A stretch of DNA of 64,000 bases. It comes from Chrysomallon squamiferum. Its lineage: Eukaryota; Animalia; Mollusca. A program made the translations under genes and the position numbers. Shown piece by piece: positions 15,323-29,500 of the stretch (the first letter of the stretch is position 1; the number at the start of each line of letters is the position of its first letter). The stretch is taken from assembly GCA_012295275.1 (NCBI GenBank), contig CM022665.1:13144001-13208000 (forward strand), given 5' to 3'. The notes under the pieces are model-generated. The model saw only the letters and a list, made by a program, of their open reading frames with translations, ran no database searches and had not been told where the DNA came from.

Positions 15323-16025
15323 GTACACACATGATGGATAATGTATAAAATTATAATATAATTATGCTACTGATGGTTCAAATTAGGCGCGATGCTGGGT
15401 AATTGCCTAATAATTAAATTTATTAACATTTTATATATATATATCCTTAACCATGGTAAGGCCTAATAATTTCTACAGTTATTACTATCACAGTATTAGC
15501 TGAGCTAAACGAAGACCATTGCTTAACACTAATATTCTTCAATAATCAACCGTAATCATTAAAACTCTGAGGTTGTAGCTGTTTCTGTTTTTGGTTTCGT
15601 TGCTGTTAGAGCATGATACTATATTACATATGAAAATTTAAGAATATTAAATATGATGTGTATATTTCAATTTAAATGCGATAATAAAAATAATAATTTA
15701 AAAAAATAAAATAATAACAACAATAAATAAAAAAAAATAAAATAAAAAATAAAAAAAACAACAAACAAACAAAAACAAACAAAAAACCAGCACAATAATG
15801 CAAAACATGTCAATAAATGGAAAAAGAAAGAAATGAAAAGAATTACTTTCACTGACAAGTCGAATCCACTAGCTCACAATTTTGTAATAGACAGAAAAGT
15901 AGACAGATACGTAATAAAACAAAAGCATTTTTAATTAAACATGACTGAAGTTTAACCCTACACATTCAAACACAAGCAGAGACAAAAATAGACATACATA
16001 AACGTACTTAAAAAGAAATATACAT

Positions 16026-16087
<62 letters not shown>

Positions 16088-16567
16088 CAATCTCTTAGGA
16101 ACGGTCTATGTCTGAACATTAATTTCGACTGACCCATTTTAAAACACACTTGAGATTCGAGCGCAAACTGTTAACAATTCATTCATGTGACTGAAAAACC
16201 ACTTCCGGGCATCAAATTAATCGACAGTAGCACTTCCGCTCCTCCCCAGCAACAAACAGAATAACATATACAGTGGGCACTTAGTGGACACTTTGGCCTT
16301 TTCTTCTTTTCCTCTTTTTTAAATCAAAATATGTCACAGAGGCTGAATGCTGGATAAGCCTGAAGTTGTGTGCTGTCCTGTGTTCATAATCAAATAAGCA
16401 GATAAATGGCAAAAATTGGTTTTCACTTATTCTTTATTTTTTATTATTGTTTCAGCGTCCGTCTTGCTTTTTCGACGTTCTGAGTTATCACATTTACTTT
16501 GAGTCTTAGCTTTTTAGTTAAAATAAAGTCTTTAGATGCCAAGAAATATTATTCCATGCATTTATTA

Positions 16568-16641
<74 letters not shown>

Positions 16642-17268
16642 TATGATTTTATATATTGCGTGTAATATGTGTGTGCCTGCATATGTCTTTGACAAATGTT
16701 TATATACCTACTGGACTAAGTGCACAAATAATCATCATCATTTTACAATTAAAATAATTATATCTTAATATGTAATCAATCAATCAGTTATCAAATAAAT
16801 TAAATTAAAATTAATTAAAATAAGTTAAAATAAATAAGTAAATTTTAAAATTGCGTCTGCGATAACTACACACTTTTAGTACTGAAACGTGACTTGCAGA
16901 ATTAAATAAAGTAAAATGTAATACTCTGATAAAATCAAAGATGTCACTAATGTGCTTTTAATACGATAAAAGCTTCACAGGAAGATACCTTGTTATCTAG
17001 ATAAACATATTTTCTGCAACAAAAACATTTCTAATTTGTAATCGTTGATAACACTTTATTAATTATGACACACTACCAGAGTACTTGCAAAAGACATAAA
17101 GACAAAAGTTACTCTACGGGGGATGTCGAGGAGTTCTGCTGAATCACCCTCTAACCACGATATCACTTTATTATTATTATTATTATTAGTAGTAGTAGTA
17201 ATAGTAGTAGTAGTAATCGTATTACTATTAGTGTTATTATTATTGTTGTTGTTATTGTTATGAATTTT

Positions 17269-17302
<34 letters not shown>

Positions 17303-19728
17303 CTGCTTGTTTTGTATTTTTGACAAACCTCTAACTATTACCATCTTGCTGTTAATTTAACACATCTTGGATTCGTTTGAGTATGAATATGTGTCTGTGT
17401 TCTGATGTGGGCGAAAGAGTACGTGTTATACACGTTGAAGTTCTTTAAAATTTCAGTTAAAGATCAAAATTATAACACCAGAAAATAAATCCAGTTTCAC
17501 CATTTCCTTTCGATGACTTTAGCATACTTTAAAACTAACGATAATATAATTAAAAAGGAAAAGAAAAGAAAAGAGAAAGACAAAAATGTTATACTAGTTG
17601 ACCTGAGAGCACGATTTTTATCGACAAATCACTAATTGTTCGAGTCTTCCCCATTATTTATATTAGAATGGTAATAGTCGGATTTAGGTGAACGTAAAAT
17701 GTTCAGTGTAGCCTTCGGCACACGTAAAAGATAGATCAAAGACACGTTGGCGTTTTGTCAAGTATTACATTTGTCTTCGTTATCGGCTTATAAAACACGC
17801 GAAATAAAATTATAAATTCGATTGATAAACAGACACTTGTAAACAAGACCAGTACAACTGCCAGGCCGTGTAACTACACAGTCAGGTCAGTTATAAAAAA
17901 AATAAAAAAAATAAAATAAATATATATATATATAGATAGATAGATAGATAGATAGATATTAATAAAAAATAAAATAAATAGTAATAAATAAATAAGTAAA
18001 TAATAATAATAATAATAAATAAAAAAATAAATAAATAAAAAAGAAAAGAAAACATTAATAATAATAATAATAATATATTTAAAAAAAAAAAAAAAAAGGT
18101 ACAGAATTTTGAGGGGATAGGATGAATAAATTGTATAGAGTGGGTGCGGTGGATAACCTTTCTGAAGAGCACACGACAAATACACGTACGTATCAGGAAT
18201 TCTTTTCAGCATTTTACCCAAACAGAAGTGAAAACAGATTTTATGGTCTATATTTATTTCTCTTTTTTTCTTTTCCTTTAAAAATAAAATAATAATAATA
18301 AAAATCATAGAATTATATTCTCTGCGAAAGAGTCGGTTCGTACGAACTTGATGCATTTGCATAATTTATGTGCGAATCTTCCATGAAATATTTTTATGAC
18401 AAATTGCGATTTGATTTCCACAGTTGTATAGTGTTTGTGGTAGTTTTTCTATAGGCGTCATTCGTGACTGTTACGCAGATGAAACTATTAATAAAGAACA
18501 TCTGTCGATAGTTAAATAGAACAAGAAAGTGACTGTAAAAAAATGTCAGAAGTTTCGATAGTGTTTGATGTCTTGAAAAAGGCCCCCCCCCCTCCGCGGA
18601 CTTGTGGAGGGAGTACATTAGAGATCTGAAAATATTTATTTTTATGGATCTTGGACTTTCTTTTTTTTCTGCGGTAGGAAACCGGATATGGAGGTCAATT
18701 ATCAATTAGTTGATAAATGTTCATTTATTACTAATAACGAAAAGATGCCATACCATTTATAATCTTAAATTTAATTTTTAAGTAGGTTCTAATTGGTTAG
18801 TTTCGTTTGTTGCGTTTTCACAGGTTGTGCATGTTATAAATCCATAAAAAACAAAGCGGCGTTAAATATTACAGTACCCTGTGTAATTCCATTTAACACT
18901 AAAGATTTAAAATATTAAATTACACTTTTAGAACCCCTGTAACACACGTAGACCCGCTACTGATACTATGTGTGGCTTGGAATGCAAACAATTTTTATTT
19001 TTATTTTTTAATAACCCGAATGACATAATGTACGCCATATAAACATACTGCAATGATGATTAATCATATATGTACGTACGTACATATATATAATGTAGAT
19101 AAAGAAAGGGTGTATAATAATAACAAACAACAATAGTAATAATAATAAGAAGAAGAAGAAGAACAACAGCAACAAAAACAACAACACTTTTTTGAAAAAG
19201 GAAACTTATAAAATATTCTTTAGAAAGAAAGCAAATCAAACATTATTAAAAAGTATTTCTTCTTCTTTTTATGCCCTCAACATTTTTATGTTTAGAATTA
19301 ATTATTATAAAGAGGATTAGTACGAAAATTTAGATCAATTAAAATCCATGAAACATCAGTTTTCTATTAGTAATTACCGTTTCCTTAGGAAAAATGTAGG
19401 ACTGTTTTGTCTTCAGATTGTTTAAATTGTATTCAGTAACTAGATGATGACTCAGTTACTGTTGGTATTTTGTATCTACGAAAGTACGCGATAACAGCAT
19501 ATGAAAGCTAAGGAGGTTTTATGTCAGCCAAAATTGTCTTCACTTCGTTTTTTCCTCTGGGTGCATGTGTGCTCTTATATAATAATAAAAATACATAACG
19601 TTATATTTTCCTTTAATCCATATAAAAAGATAGCTATAAAAGTAAAACGTTAAAAGTATGTATGTAAACAAAATAGGTTAAGAGAATGTAATTTTGTATC
19701 TGTTATTTAATTTATTTATTTATTTATT

Positions 19729-19773
<45 letters not shown>

Positions 19774-20216
19774 TTATTTGTTGTTGTTGTTATTGTGGTT
19801 GTTATTGCAGGTTTTTATTTTTTTTTCATTTATTTATTTTTTTTATGGATATTTAAATTATATTCTTAAGAATACTCCCTGTTCTGTCATCAGTTTGACA
19901 GTATTCCAAATATTAAAGATTACATGGTACTTTTTTCTTCTTCTTCTTCTCTTTATAGAAATAAGCCAGTATAAAGGAGCATGTTAATTGTTACATAATG
20001 TTTTACATTTATGCATTCTCAGTAACTGTATTCATTGTTATTTTGATAATTTATAGTCTGAGCATCTATTAAATTTATTTTTATAATCATCATAAAACAA
20101 ATTATCTAATAAGTATGTAACAATATTATCTACTCTACCGTCTACGTCCAAGCTGTATTCTTACAGCTATATTTAGAATGTGTCATTTTCGTTTCGAGAA
20201 ATAAATAAAATAAAAA

Positions 20217-20294
<78 letters not shown>

Positions 20295-20517
20295 ATATTG
20301 CAATATTACATTATTATATACGGCTACCGTAAATATAACCAGTCCTAATATATTTCTTTTTCATTTTGACTGACAGATAATATATGAATGGCTATCGTAA
20401 AAATTGCCTCGTTATAGACTAAACTTTTATAGTGATACGCAGCTACAGGAACTATGTTTTCATGGCGTCAAATAAATCATTTGTTTACCAAATGAAATGT
20501 TGTTTTAAAGTGTCAAA

Positions 20518-23500
20518 ATGAGCAGAATTACAGCAGAATTGACTCTTAATGACATAGATGAATGGTTTAAAATTGGAAAGAGAGCAGCTTCTAACATTGC
20601 CTCAGTTCCTAGCAGTAAAACTGGTGGCCGACAAATAAATCCAATAACAGGAAACGCATGTGTACAAAACACAAATGGAAATGCATCATCATTTGTTGCA
20701 CAGTACAAAAGGTGAATTCATTTGCATTTACATTTATATCACACTCTAACATTATTATTTTTATCCGCCAAAAATACTGTAATAATGGTAATGCAGTGTT
20801 AATGTCACATATCTATAAAAATTACGCACACTAGCATCAAGCCCATACACACTACACAGTGACAGTCACAGACATTAGAATTCAGATACGAAAAAATATT
20901 GTCACTGAATTTTAGTATGTAACAAAAATATCTAGTTATTATGTTGTCATATACAGCTAATACAAAAAACAGTTAAAACAATGAAAAATCAGTTTATATC
21001 TAGATGTAACAAAAACATTTCAGGAGAAATATGCAAAATTTGTTAAATGTGATAACTGCATTTATATTTTAGGGCCGCTGCACGCGAAGAAGAGAAGAAT
21101 TATGCAGCAGTATATCAAGCCAGAGAAGAAGAAATTTTGCTTAATGTAAAGATTTTAATTTTACCATCACAGAGCAGAAATAATTACCTTCCTCCCCTTG
21201 ATTATTTTCTGTTTGTCAGTTACTTAATGAAAATTTGTGTTACATGTGAGCTCGATGCAGTAAAATTGTGATTTACATTATGTCCAGTTTGCTGATTCAG
21301 TGATTATGTTAAATATTTCACTAGGTATTTTTGCATTTTATTTATTTATTTTTGGTTATTGTTGAAATATTTGATAATTACAGTATTGAAATATATATTA
21401 TTATAGCACATCAAAACAAACCCCAATAGATAAGTCTGTAACCTGAATATTTTTAAAATTATTATTCCACTTTATCTTTGTCCATTTTTATATTTCAGCC
21501 ATCTCCATCTTATTCATTGCCAGCAGATCCTGTGTCCAGTCCACAGGCATCTTCTTTAGAACATCTAGATTTAGACAGTACAGTAGGTGAATCAGTGGCA
21601 GCACCCAGCGACTTGATCCCACCACATGCAACTGAAGTGTACAACAATTACACTTTTAAACACAAATGTGACCCTAAATTGCCAATAACAAATTTCAGAG
21701 AACAGGTAAAAACAGGAAATTTAACCATCTAAATGCGTATAGAATTGTAAATTAGAAGATACCTAAAAAAATTTGAAATCAAAACTAAAATATAAATAAA
21801 GTATAAATAAAAGTGATGAAATACAAATAATTTCTAATTTAGTTCAGATGATTTTCATCAGTTTAATGGCTGTTTGTCTGTTATTATTTTTTTATTACAA
21901 TAAACACTGCAAAAAGTTATTAGAAAATATCAAATTTTAATTAAAACCATGCATATTAATTATTATATAATTTTTATGCTGAATCAGTAATCTGTTGTTT
22001 TAAAATTTGGAATTTAGGTTATTGCCACTGTAGAAAACAATCAGGTGACAGTAATTCAGGGCTCCACAGGTTCAGGGAAGACAACTCAAGTGCCGCAATA
22101 CATCCTGGATCATTATGCAGCGAACAATAAGTTTTGCAACATCATTGTGACACAGCCACGACGTATTGCTGTGACAAGTGTTTGTCGACGTGTATGTCAT
22201 GAGAGAAAATGGAATATAGGAAGCATCTGTGGTTACCAGGTGTGGAAGTATTTCTTGTTCATATTGTGTATACCTTTTAACAGTTTCATTTTTTAATACA
22301 TACATACACACACATACATATATATGTACATAAATACAGTCAAATCTGATTCTCAGCATTTTTAACTTTCTACACATTTCCAGTTTATAATAATAATATT
22401 AGATATATTTACTTTTACTGGCATTTAAACTACGGTATTATTGTGTTTTCTTTGGTAAGTGAAAGTTAATTTCAGAGATGTTTATTATAGATTGGAATGG
22501 ATGCAATGAAATCTCAAGACACAAGAATTCTTTATTGTACAACTGGAGTTCTCAGAGAAAAACTTGTACACGCTAAAAGCATGTCAATGTTCACACACGT
22601 CATACTGGATGAGGTAAAACACTAAGTAATTTTATTTATTTATTTGTTTATTACATACATGAGATGTCTTCATGGACAGTTTAATTAATCATGTTCTTTA
22701 TTATTTTATTTTAAATACTACAATTTCTACTTTGCTATTACAGTTACTACTACTCTTATTAAAGCCGTTACTAAAATAACAACTACTACTGCTACTACTA
22801 TTATTACTATTTCTATATTACTCTTATTATTAATGCTGCTGCTGCTAATTCTGCTACTGTTGTTGTTAAATATCATATTTATTTTGGCAGTATAAGAATA
22901 TTTAACCTAAGTTCTGCATCATCCATAACTTATTTAATAACAGAAGTGGATGTTACACTATTTATTAATGAAATATTTATTTTTTTATTTACTTTTTACT
23001 TTTATTATTTCATTTATTTTTTAATATAATTATTGTTTTCCTGGTTTTATATATTTGTAGAAATCAGTAGGTAAAAATTACATATTTACTTAATTAAAAT
23101 ACCAACGATTATTTAAGTTGTTACTTTAAAAATCTGTTGATAAAATTGTGTTTTTATGTTGACTAGGTTCATGAAAGGAATCAAGATTCTGATTTTTCTC
23201 TCTTGCTTGTGAGAAAACTTTTACGAACAGTGTCAAGACAAGTGAAGGTTAGAATTTTTTTTTTTAAATGATTATTTTTAGTACAAATTTGAATAATGGG
23301 ATTCTCTTTTCTTTATAATAAATTTCTAGCTTTTAAAAATTAAAATATTTTCACATTTAAAAAAAAAAAAATGTATGACCTGTTCTGTATCATACAGACT
23401 GTTTATTTATATTTTAATTTTATTGATTTATAAATAAAAATTCTTTGAATGAATGTTTTGCATTTTTGTTTATCATAAATTTCCAGCTTTTAATAAGACG

Positions 23501-26500
23501 TTTCAAATATTGTTACTTCGAAAAATGATGTATTACCTGTTTTATATGAAATGTTCATTTATATATTAATTATATTAAAGTATGTTTTATATCGCTACAT
23601 ACTGTAAGAGATGGTGGGCCAGCCATCACTTATGGTTTACAATGAGTTCATCTGTCATTTGTTGGCAACAGCAGCAATATCCACCACCCGTTTATTTAGA
23701 CTGGTTGTCATGTCATTGTTTTGCACTTTTGGGTTCTGTAGTTCACGTGTCTTGTCCCTAAACAAAATATACTGTATTCTGAAACGGTCAGACATATTTA
23801 CAAATTACCCCGGCTAAGTGGGCGGCTAAATCATTGCGCATGAATTTCAGTGATTGCTACACATTTTTTAACATGCAACTGCATAATAATTGTTATCCCA
23901 TATACATAAATAACTTTTTAAAATATTATCTTTGTCTTACGAAAACAGATATGTGCTTGATCTGCACAATATAAAAATAATTATCAATAGCGCATTGCTA
24001 ACTCAATGTCACATTCTCAGAAATATTCATTATCACTCTGCATGGCGATCTTTTACTTTCAGAGTAATAAAAACAATCTCACATTTCGTATTATATGCAT
24101 ACACAGATATATATAAACATTATATTTATACATGTACTATATGTGCGTTTCAAACTTACACACATACATACTTTTACAAAATGTATATAAAAAAAACCTT
24201 ACATTATGCATGTATAATAAACATTATATTACATACATACATATATACCTACCTGTCTGTCTACATATATACATACATTCATATATATTTCACAGAACAA
24301 CCAGACAAAACTCGCCAGCAGGTAGTATGGACGGCATTTTGCCACTGGCGATGTTTTAACATAAACTGTAGATGTATAGTTATATAGATATACGATCTAT
24401 AAGAAGTTTGCCAATTTAGGTAGTTTTTATTTTAATTCTCAAACACCAGTAATTCACTTACCACGTTCTGTTTAGGTCATGATATGCTGAAATAACACCA
24501 TTAATACATTAAAATGCTCGATAAATTCAAACTGCTTGATGGTGTGGCATTATTTTGAAATAGTGTTTGTTATTTATTATCGATCTATCATCATCATTAG
24601 CGCCAATTTTAGTGTTTCGATTGTTGAACTGTCCGTCCGGCTGTTATCGGTTGAAGTGTGTTAACGTCAGTCATTTGCTTACCTCATTATATTAAGAAAT
24701 TAAGATTACAATGATAAGGCATCATTTATCATTTATACATTAAAATGCCTGATTATCCTGATGTGCTTGTCAGCCATAGCCATGGCAAGAAAAGTATGAA
24801 TATCGATTCTTGCACAGTATTATTTTGCTCAAAAAAAGACTTTTATAGACTACCTGGATAGCATGTAAAATTTCCGTCATTGCAAAAATTAGCAAAATCA
24901 CTTGGATGTGAATACCCGGATGACATAAAGGTTGGCAGAAGTGTCCACTACATGAGCCAGAATTCAATTCAGGAAATTGTTGGTTGCCTTGACCAGACAG
25001 TCCTTCAGCCATTGCTACATGACATTCATCAATCTGAGCAATATTCCATCTTAATTGATGAAACAACTGATGTGTCAGTCACAAAACAACTGATCATTTA
25101 TTGTCGATTTGTAAAAGGAAACCAGGTTCATTGGAATGTTGACTATACCACATGGGAAGGCAGAAACGTTACTAATGCTGTTCTTGATAAACACAGAGAA
25201 CTTGATATATATCCACAAAAGATGGTATCCCTGGGCAATGATGGTGCCAATGTCATGTTGGGCAAACATTCAGACATGGCCATCACTGCCCTCCGCAAAT
25301 TGTCACTTGCCTGCAGTTGTCACCAGCTTGTCAAGGGAAGCTCGAGAAGGAAATGATGTCTAAGCTCTTGGACTACTTAAGTTTGTTCAGACTTATTTCT
25401 GTGATGGACACGCCCACTGACCTGTCAGAAAGCGTGCCCGTCGAAGACGTGCTTCACAACAGCTAGCTCTGATTAGCACGTTAATTTTTTTCACTTCACT
25501 TCACTTCACTGTATCTTCATAGCTGCAGTGCACACCTTCTGTGATATGTTGCCACCATTGTTGCAGTTGTCAAAGGCATTCCAATCATCAGTTATTGATT
25601 TGTCTATCATCGAACCTTTGGTCCAGGGCATCATTTCCACCATCAAAGTCTTGCTGAACCAACACAGTGAAGGAACATTCTGCTATACTAGAAGTAGAAG
25701 AAACCAATGCAGTCATTCAGCAATATCAAGAACAGATTTACAAACCATTTCTAAACCAGCTACTGGCAAATCTGGCTAACAGATTCCCTGATGTTGAATT
25801 GATTGAATAATTTACAGTACTTGATCCATTGGAATTTCCCAAGGATGACCAGGCAGCACTGAACCAACATGGAAATGACACGATTGGCACACTTCTTAGT
25901 CAGTTTAATGGCCTTTCTGTGCTCAACGAGACAAAGCCAGAGTGGCAACTGTTTAAGCACACAGTTGTTGCTGATCAGAATCTTGCCAAAAAGACAGGAA
26001 TTGATATGATGAAACTTCTGGCAACAACTGGTTCACCTAGCCATGTATTCCCAAGTCTGGCAGTGCTGACCAAAATATTCCTATTCCATTGTTGACAGCT
26101 GACTGTGAAAGAGGGTTTTCGACACTTGGCAGAATTAAAACAAAGCCAAGAAACAGTCTGTCTGTACAAATGTTGAACTGTCTGATGTTACTGGCAGTTG
26201 AGGTCCCTGATCCAGACAACTTTGAGTTTGAAAAGGCATGCCAGATATGGATGAAAAAAAACCAAGAAGAATCAGCATAAAAGTTTAACACTAAGGCTGT
26301 CCAGTAACAGGAAAATAGTCTAGCTAGAGTGAACTTCATTTTGTATAATAAAATAAACAGACACTTTAACTTGTTAATAGTTAATGCATTTGATGCAATT
26401 ATTTATAGGAGTATTTTTGACAAGCAAGTAATTTGAACATTGTTCAAGGTACCTGTACCCAGAAAATTATCTGTGCTATCCCTTCATTTAACTTGCACCT

Positions 26501-29500
26501 GTTACACCGATTCCCTCCATCCCTTTTGCAAATGCTGGAGAGACCACTGTTTAAGGTAGTTCTAACATTCTGTAATCCAAATATTTTAGGTGATTTTGAT
26601 GTCTGCAACCATTGATTCAGACCTGTTTGCTAATTACTTTTCTGTGCCTGTTCGTGGCAAACTTGAACCAGCACCAGTTGTTTCAGTTGAAGGTCGAATT
26701 TTCCATGTCTCTGAGTTCTATGCAGATGATTTGACAAGTTTAGGACAAGTAAGTTAAAACAGTTTCTGTTTTTATTAATGTATTTTTTTCTTATCTATCG
26801 AGATACTGTTTTTCATCTAACTTTATTGTTAATCATATATATATGATACAGTATATGCATATAAAAAAGTCACAGTCAATTAAAAAAATAATAATAAAAT
26901 AAAGTAAAATAAATTATAATAATACAAATTTGATTTTTTTTTTCCAGCTGTAGAAAATAATATTCTAAATTCAGAAGCAAATAATTAAAATAGATATTTG
27001 ATTTTTTTTAGATTCCAAATTTTAGTGTAAGTGAGCCATATCTCAATGGCATGGTCATTGATTTGGCTGTAAGACTGATTCAAGAGTTTGACAACCTGGA
27101 AGTAAAAGAACAAGGGTTTGTTACTTTTCTAATTCTTACATACACTAATACTACAATAATTTATTTACTCGTTGCTTCATTCCTTCACTGCTTCCATCCT
27201 TCATTCATTTGGTCAGTCATTCTGTCATTTATTTATTTATTGTGTAAAATCTCACAATTCAGCTAGCTTTATTAGATATGTTTGATTTTATTTTCTTATT
27301 TTACGTTTTAAATTATTACAAGATAGCAATTATTATTAAAATTCCATGTTCACTTCTGTAACCATTTTTTACTTACTGCATACTGTTTCTGTCTGGCATT
27401 GTATTCTTGATCAAAGGCTAACAAAGTTACTTACTAAACATTTTAATATTTACATTGCACTAAACAAAAATATAAAAATTAAGATAAACTTTAGAATTTA
27501 TTTAAACTTATTTAATAAGATACAGTTCATTAATATATATATATATATATATATATTTATTTATTTACTTATCTCTTTATTGTTTTTTTTAGTTATTATT
27601 ATTTAAATATTTCTTGTATATTTTTGGTTTTGTTTATTATTGACTTACATATATTTATTATATATATATTATTTATAGTTATATACACTTTCAGATATGA
27701 TCCAGTCACTAGTTTTGCACCAGTTAGAGGAACAGTTTTATGTTTTCTACCAGGTAATTAATTACCTTTTACTGTAAGAATATATATTAAAATATCAGCA
27801 TTTTTGGTGTTATCTTTAACAAGAATATATTTCTCACATTTAAAATATATTTCACGAATTAAATAAAAAAATGTATTTCGTTTACAATGTGTAAGATAAA
27901 AAGACAAAATGTAGCTGTATCTGACAGAAAATATAATTTAGTTATTCTTTTTTAACTTTATAGGATATTGTGAAATTGATGACATGTTTACCAAACTACG
28001 TAAACACCAGAGAGTCCATGAGTAAGAAAAACATTTTTTATTAATTTTTTTATTAATATTATTTTAGTTAAAATCTTTACAGAAATATTCACAGTGCAAC
28101 ATGAAAGAAATATGATATTTGGTAATTTTGTTTTTACATGATTAAATGAAACTTGACTGTTTAATAATAATATATTTCATATCTTGTTTATGTATATCTA
28201 TGTTGATTAAAAATTTTTATATGTGCTCTTGTAATAGATTTCCCTGTTCTGTTATTTGTATTACTTTACCATATATATGACTCAATAAAGCCATATTTTA
28301 AAAATGTATTGAATGTAATATTAAAAAAAATATATCTTTCTTCCATTCCGATAAACCATAAAATAAATTTTTTTCTTTTCTGTATTAAGCATTTTTTTGT
28401 TTTCTAATTGTATAAAGTTGTGTTGGATGCAGTGATTCAATATAAAATTAATGTTTGTTGTTACTTCAGTATGACAATAATTCCACTACATTCAGCCATC
28501 ACAACAGATGAACAACAAGAAGTGTTCCGGCCAGCCCAGCCAGGAAAGAGAAAGGTAGAAACAAAAATTAAAAAACATTTGAGTTTTGATTAATATCTTT
28601 ACTACAACAGAACAAGAAATTTCTAAGCATTTTTTTTTTCTTCTGAATACTAGATTAATTTTGGCAAAATAGTCATATGTGATGCAGTACACATTTAAAA
28701 TCTTCACTGACTTAAAGAATCAGAAAATTTTATACACAACTTTTAAAAGGTAAATTAACCTAGGGACCCATTCTGGATAGAAACCTTGAACACTCACTTA
28801 GAATTCGTCACTGTTGATTATTCTAACTTAATTAATAAACAGTGAATTTTGCATATTTATTTTCATTAATAACTTTAAAACAATTATCTATATCGTTAAA
28901 AAGAAATCAGCTTGTATAAGACTGATCAATGATTATCTTTTTTTTTATTTTTTATTCTAGGTCATTCTTTCTACAAACATAGCTGAATCATCTATCACAG
29001 TTCCAGATATTAAATATGGTAAGTGTTTATTTATCTTTATTTTTCTTCACTTTTCATAATGACTTGATAATTCTCAGTATCTGAAAAATTCATCAGCTGA
29101 ATTTCCAAATTTCTTATATGGACTTGTCTTGTATTTCTGTTAGGCTGAAAGGAATGGGATGTGTTGCGATTTATTTATTTACTCACTCTGTTACAGTATT
29201 TTTAATTTATTTGATAAATATTTTAATTGCAGTAATTGACTTCTGCCTGACAAAGAATCTGGTGTGTGATCCTGACACAAACTATACTCAGCTTCAGGTA
29301 GAGTGGGCATCTAAATCAAACTGTTATCAGAGGAAGGGCCGAGCTGGTCGCGTGTCCAATGGTCGAGTCTATTTCATGGTCAGCAGGGCTTTCTTCCAAA
29401 ACCATCTTCCTGACTATGGCATACCTGAAATGCAGGTAATAATTGTCTGAACAATGGATGATTCTATAATATTTATTTCTTATTAACTTGTATATCATTT

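Noticed and set aside
24880-26280. Domesticated, functional ZNF862-like gene
   Set aside because: Multiple frameshifts, internal deletions and a nested insertion indicate a dead transposon.
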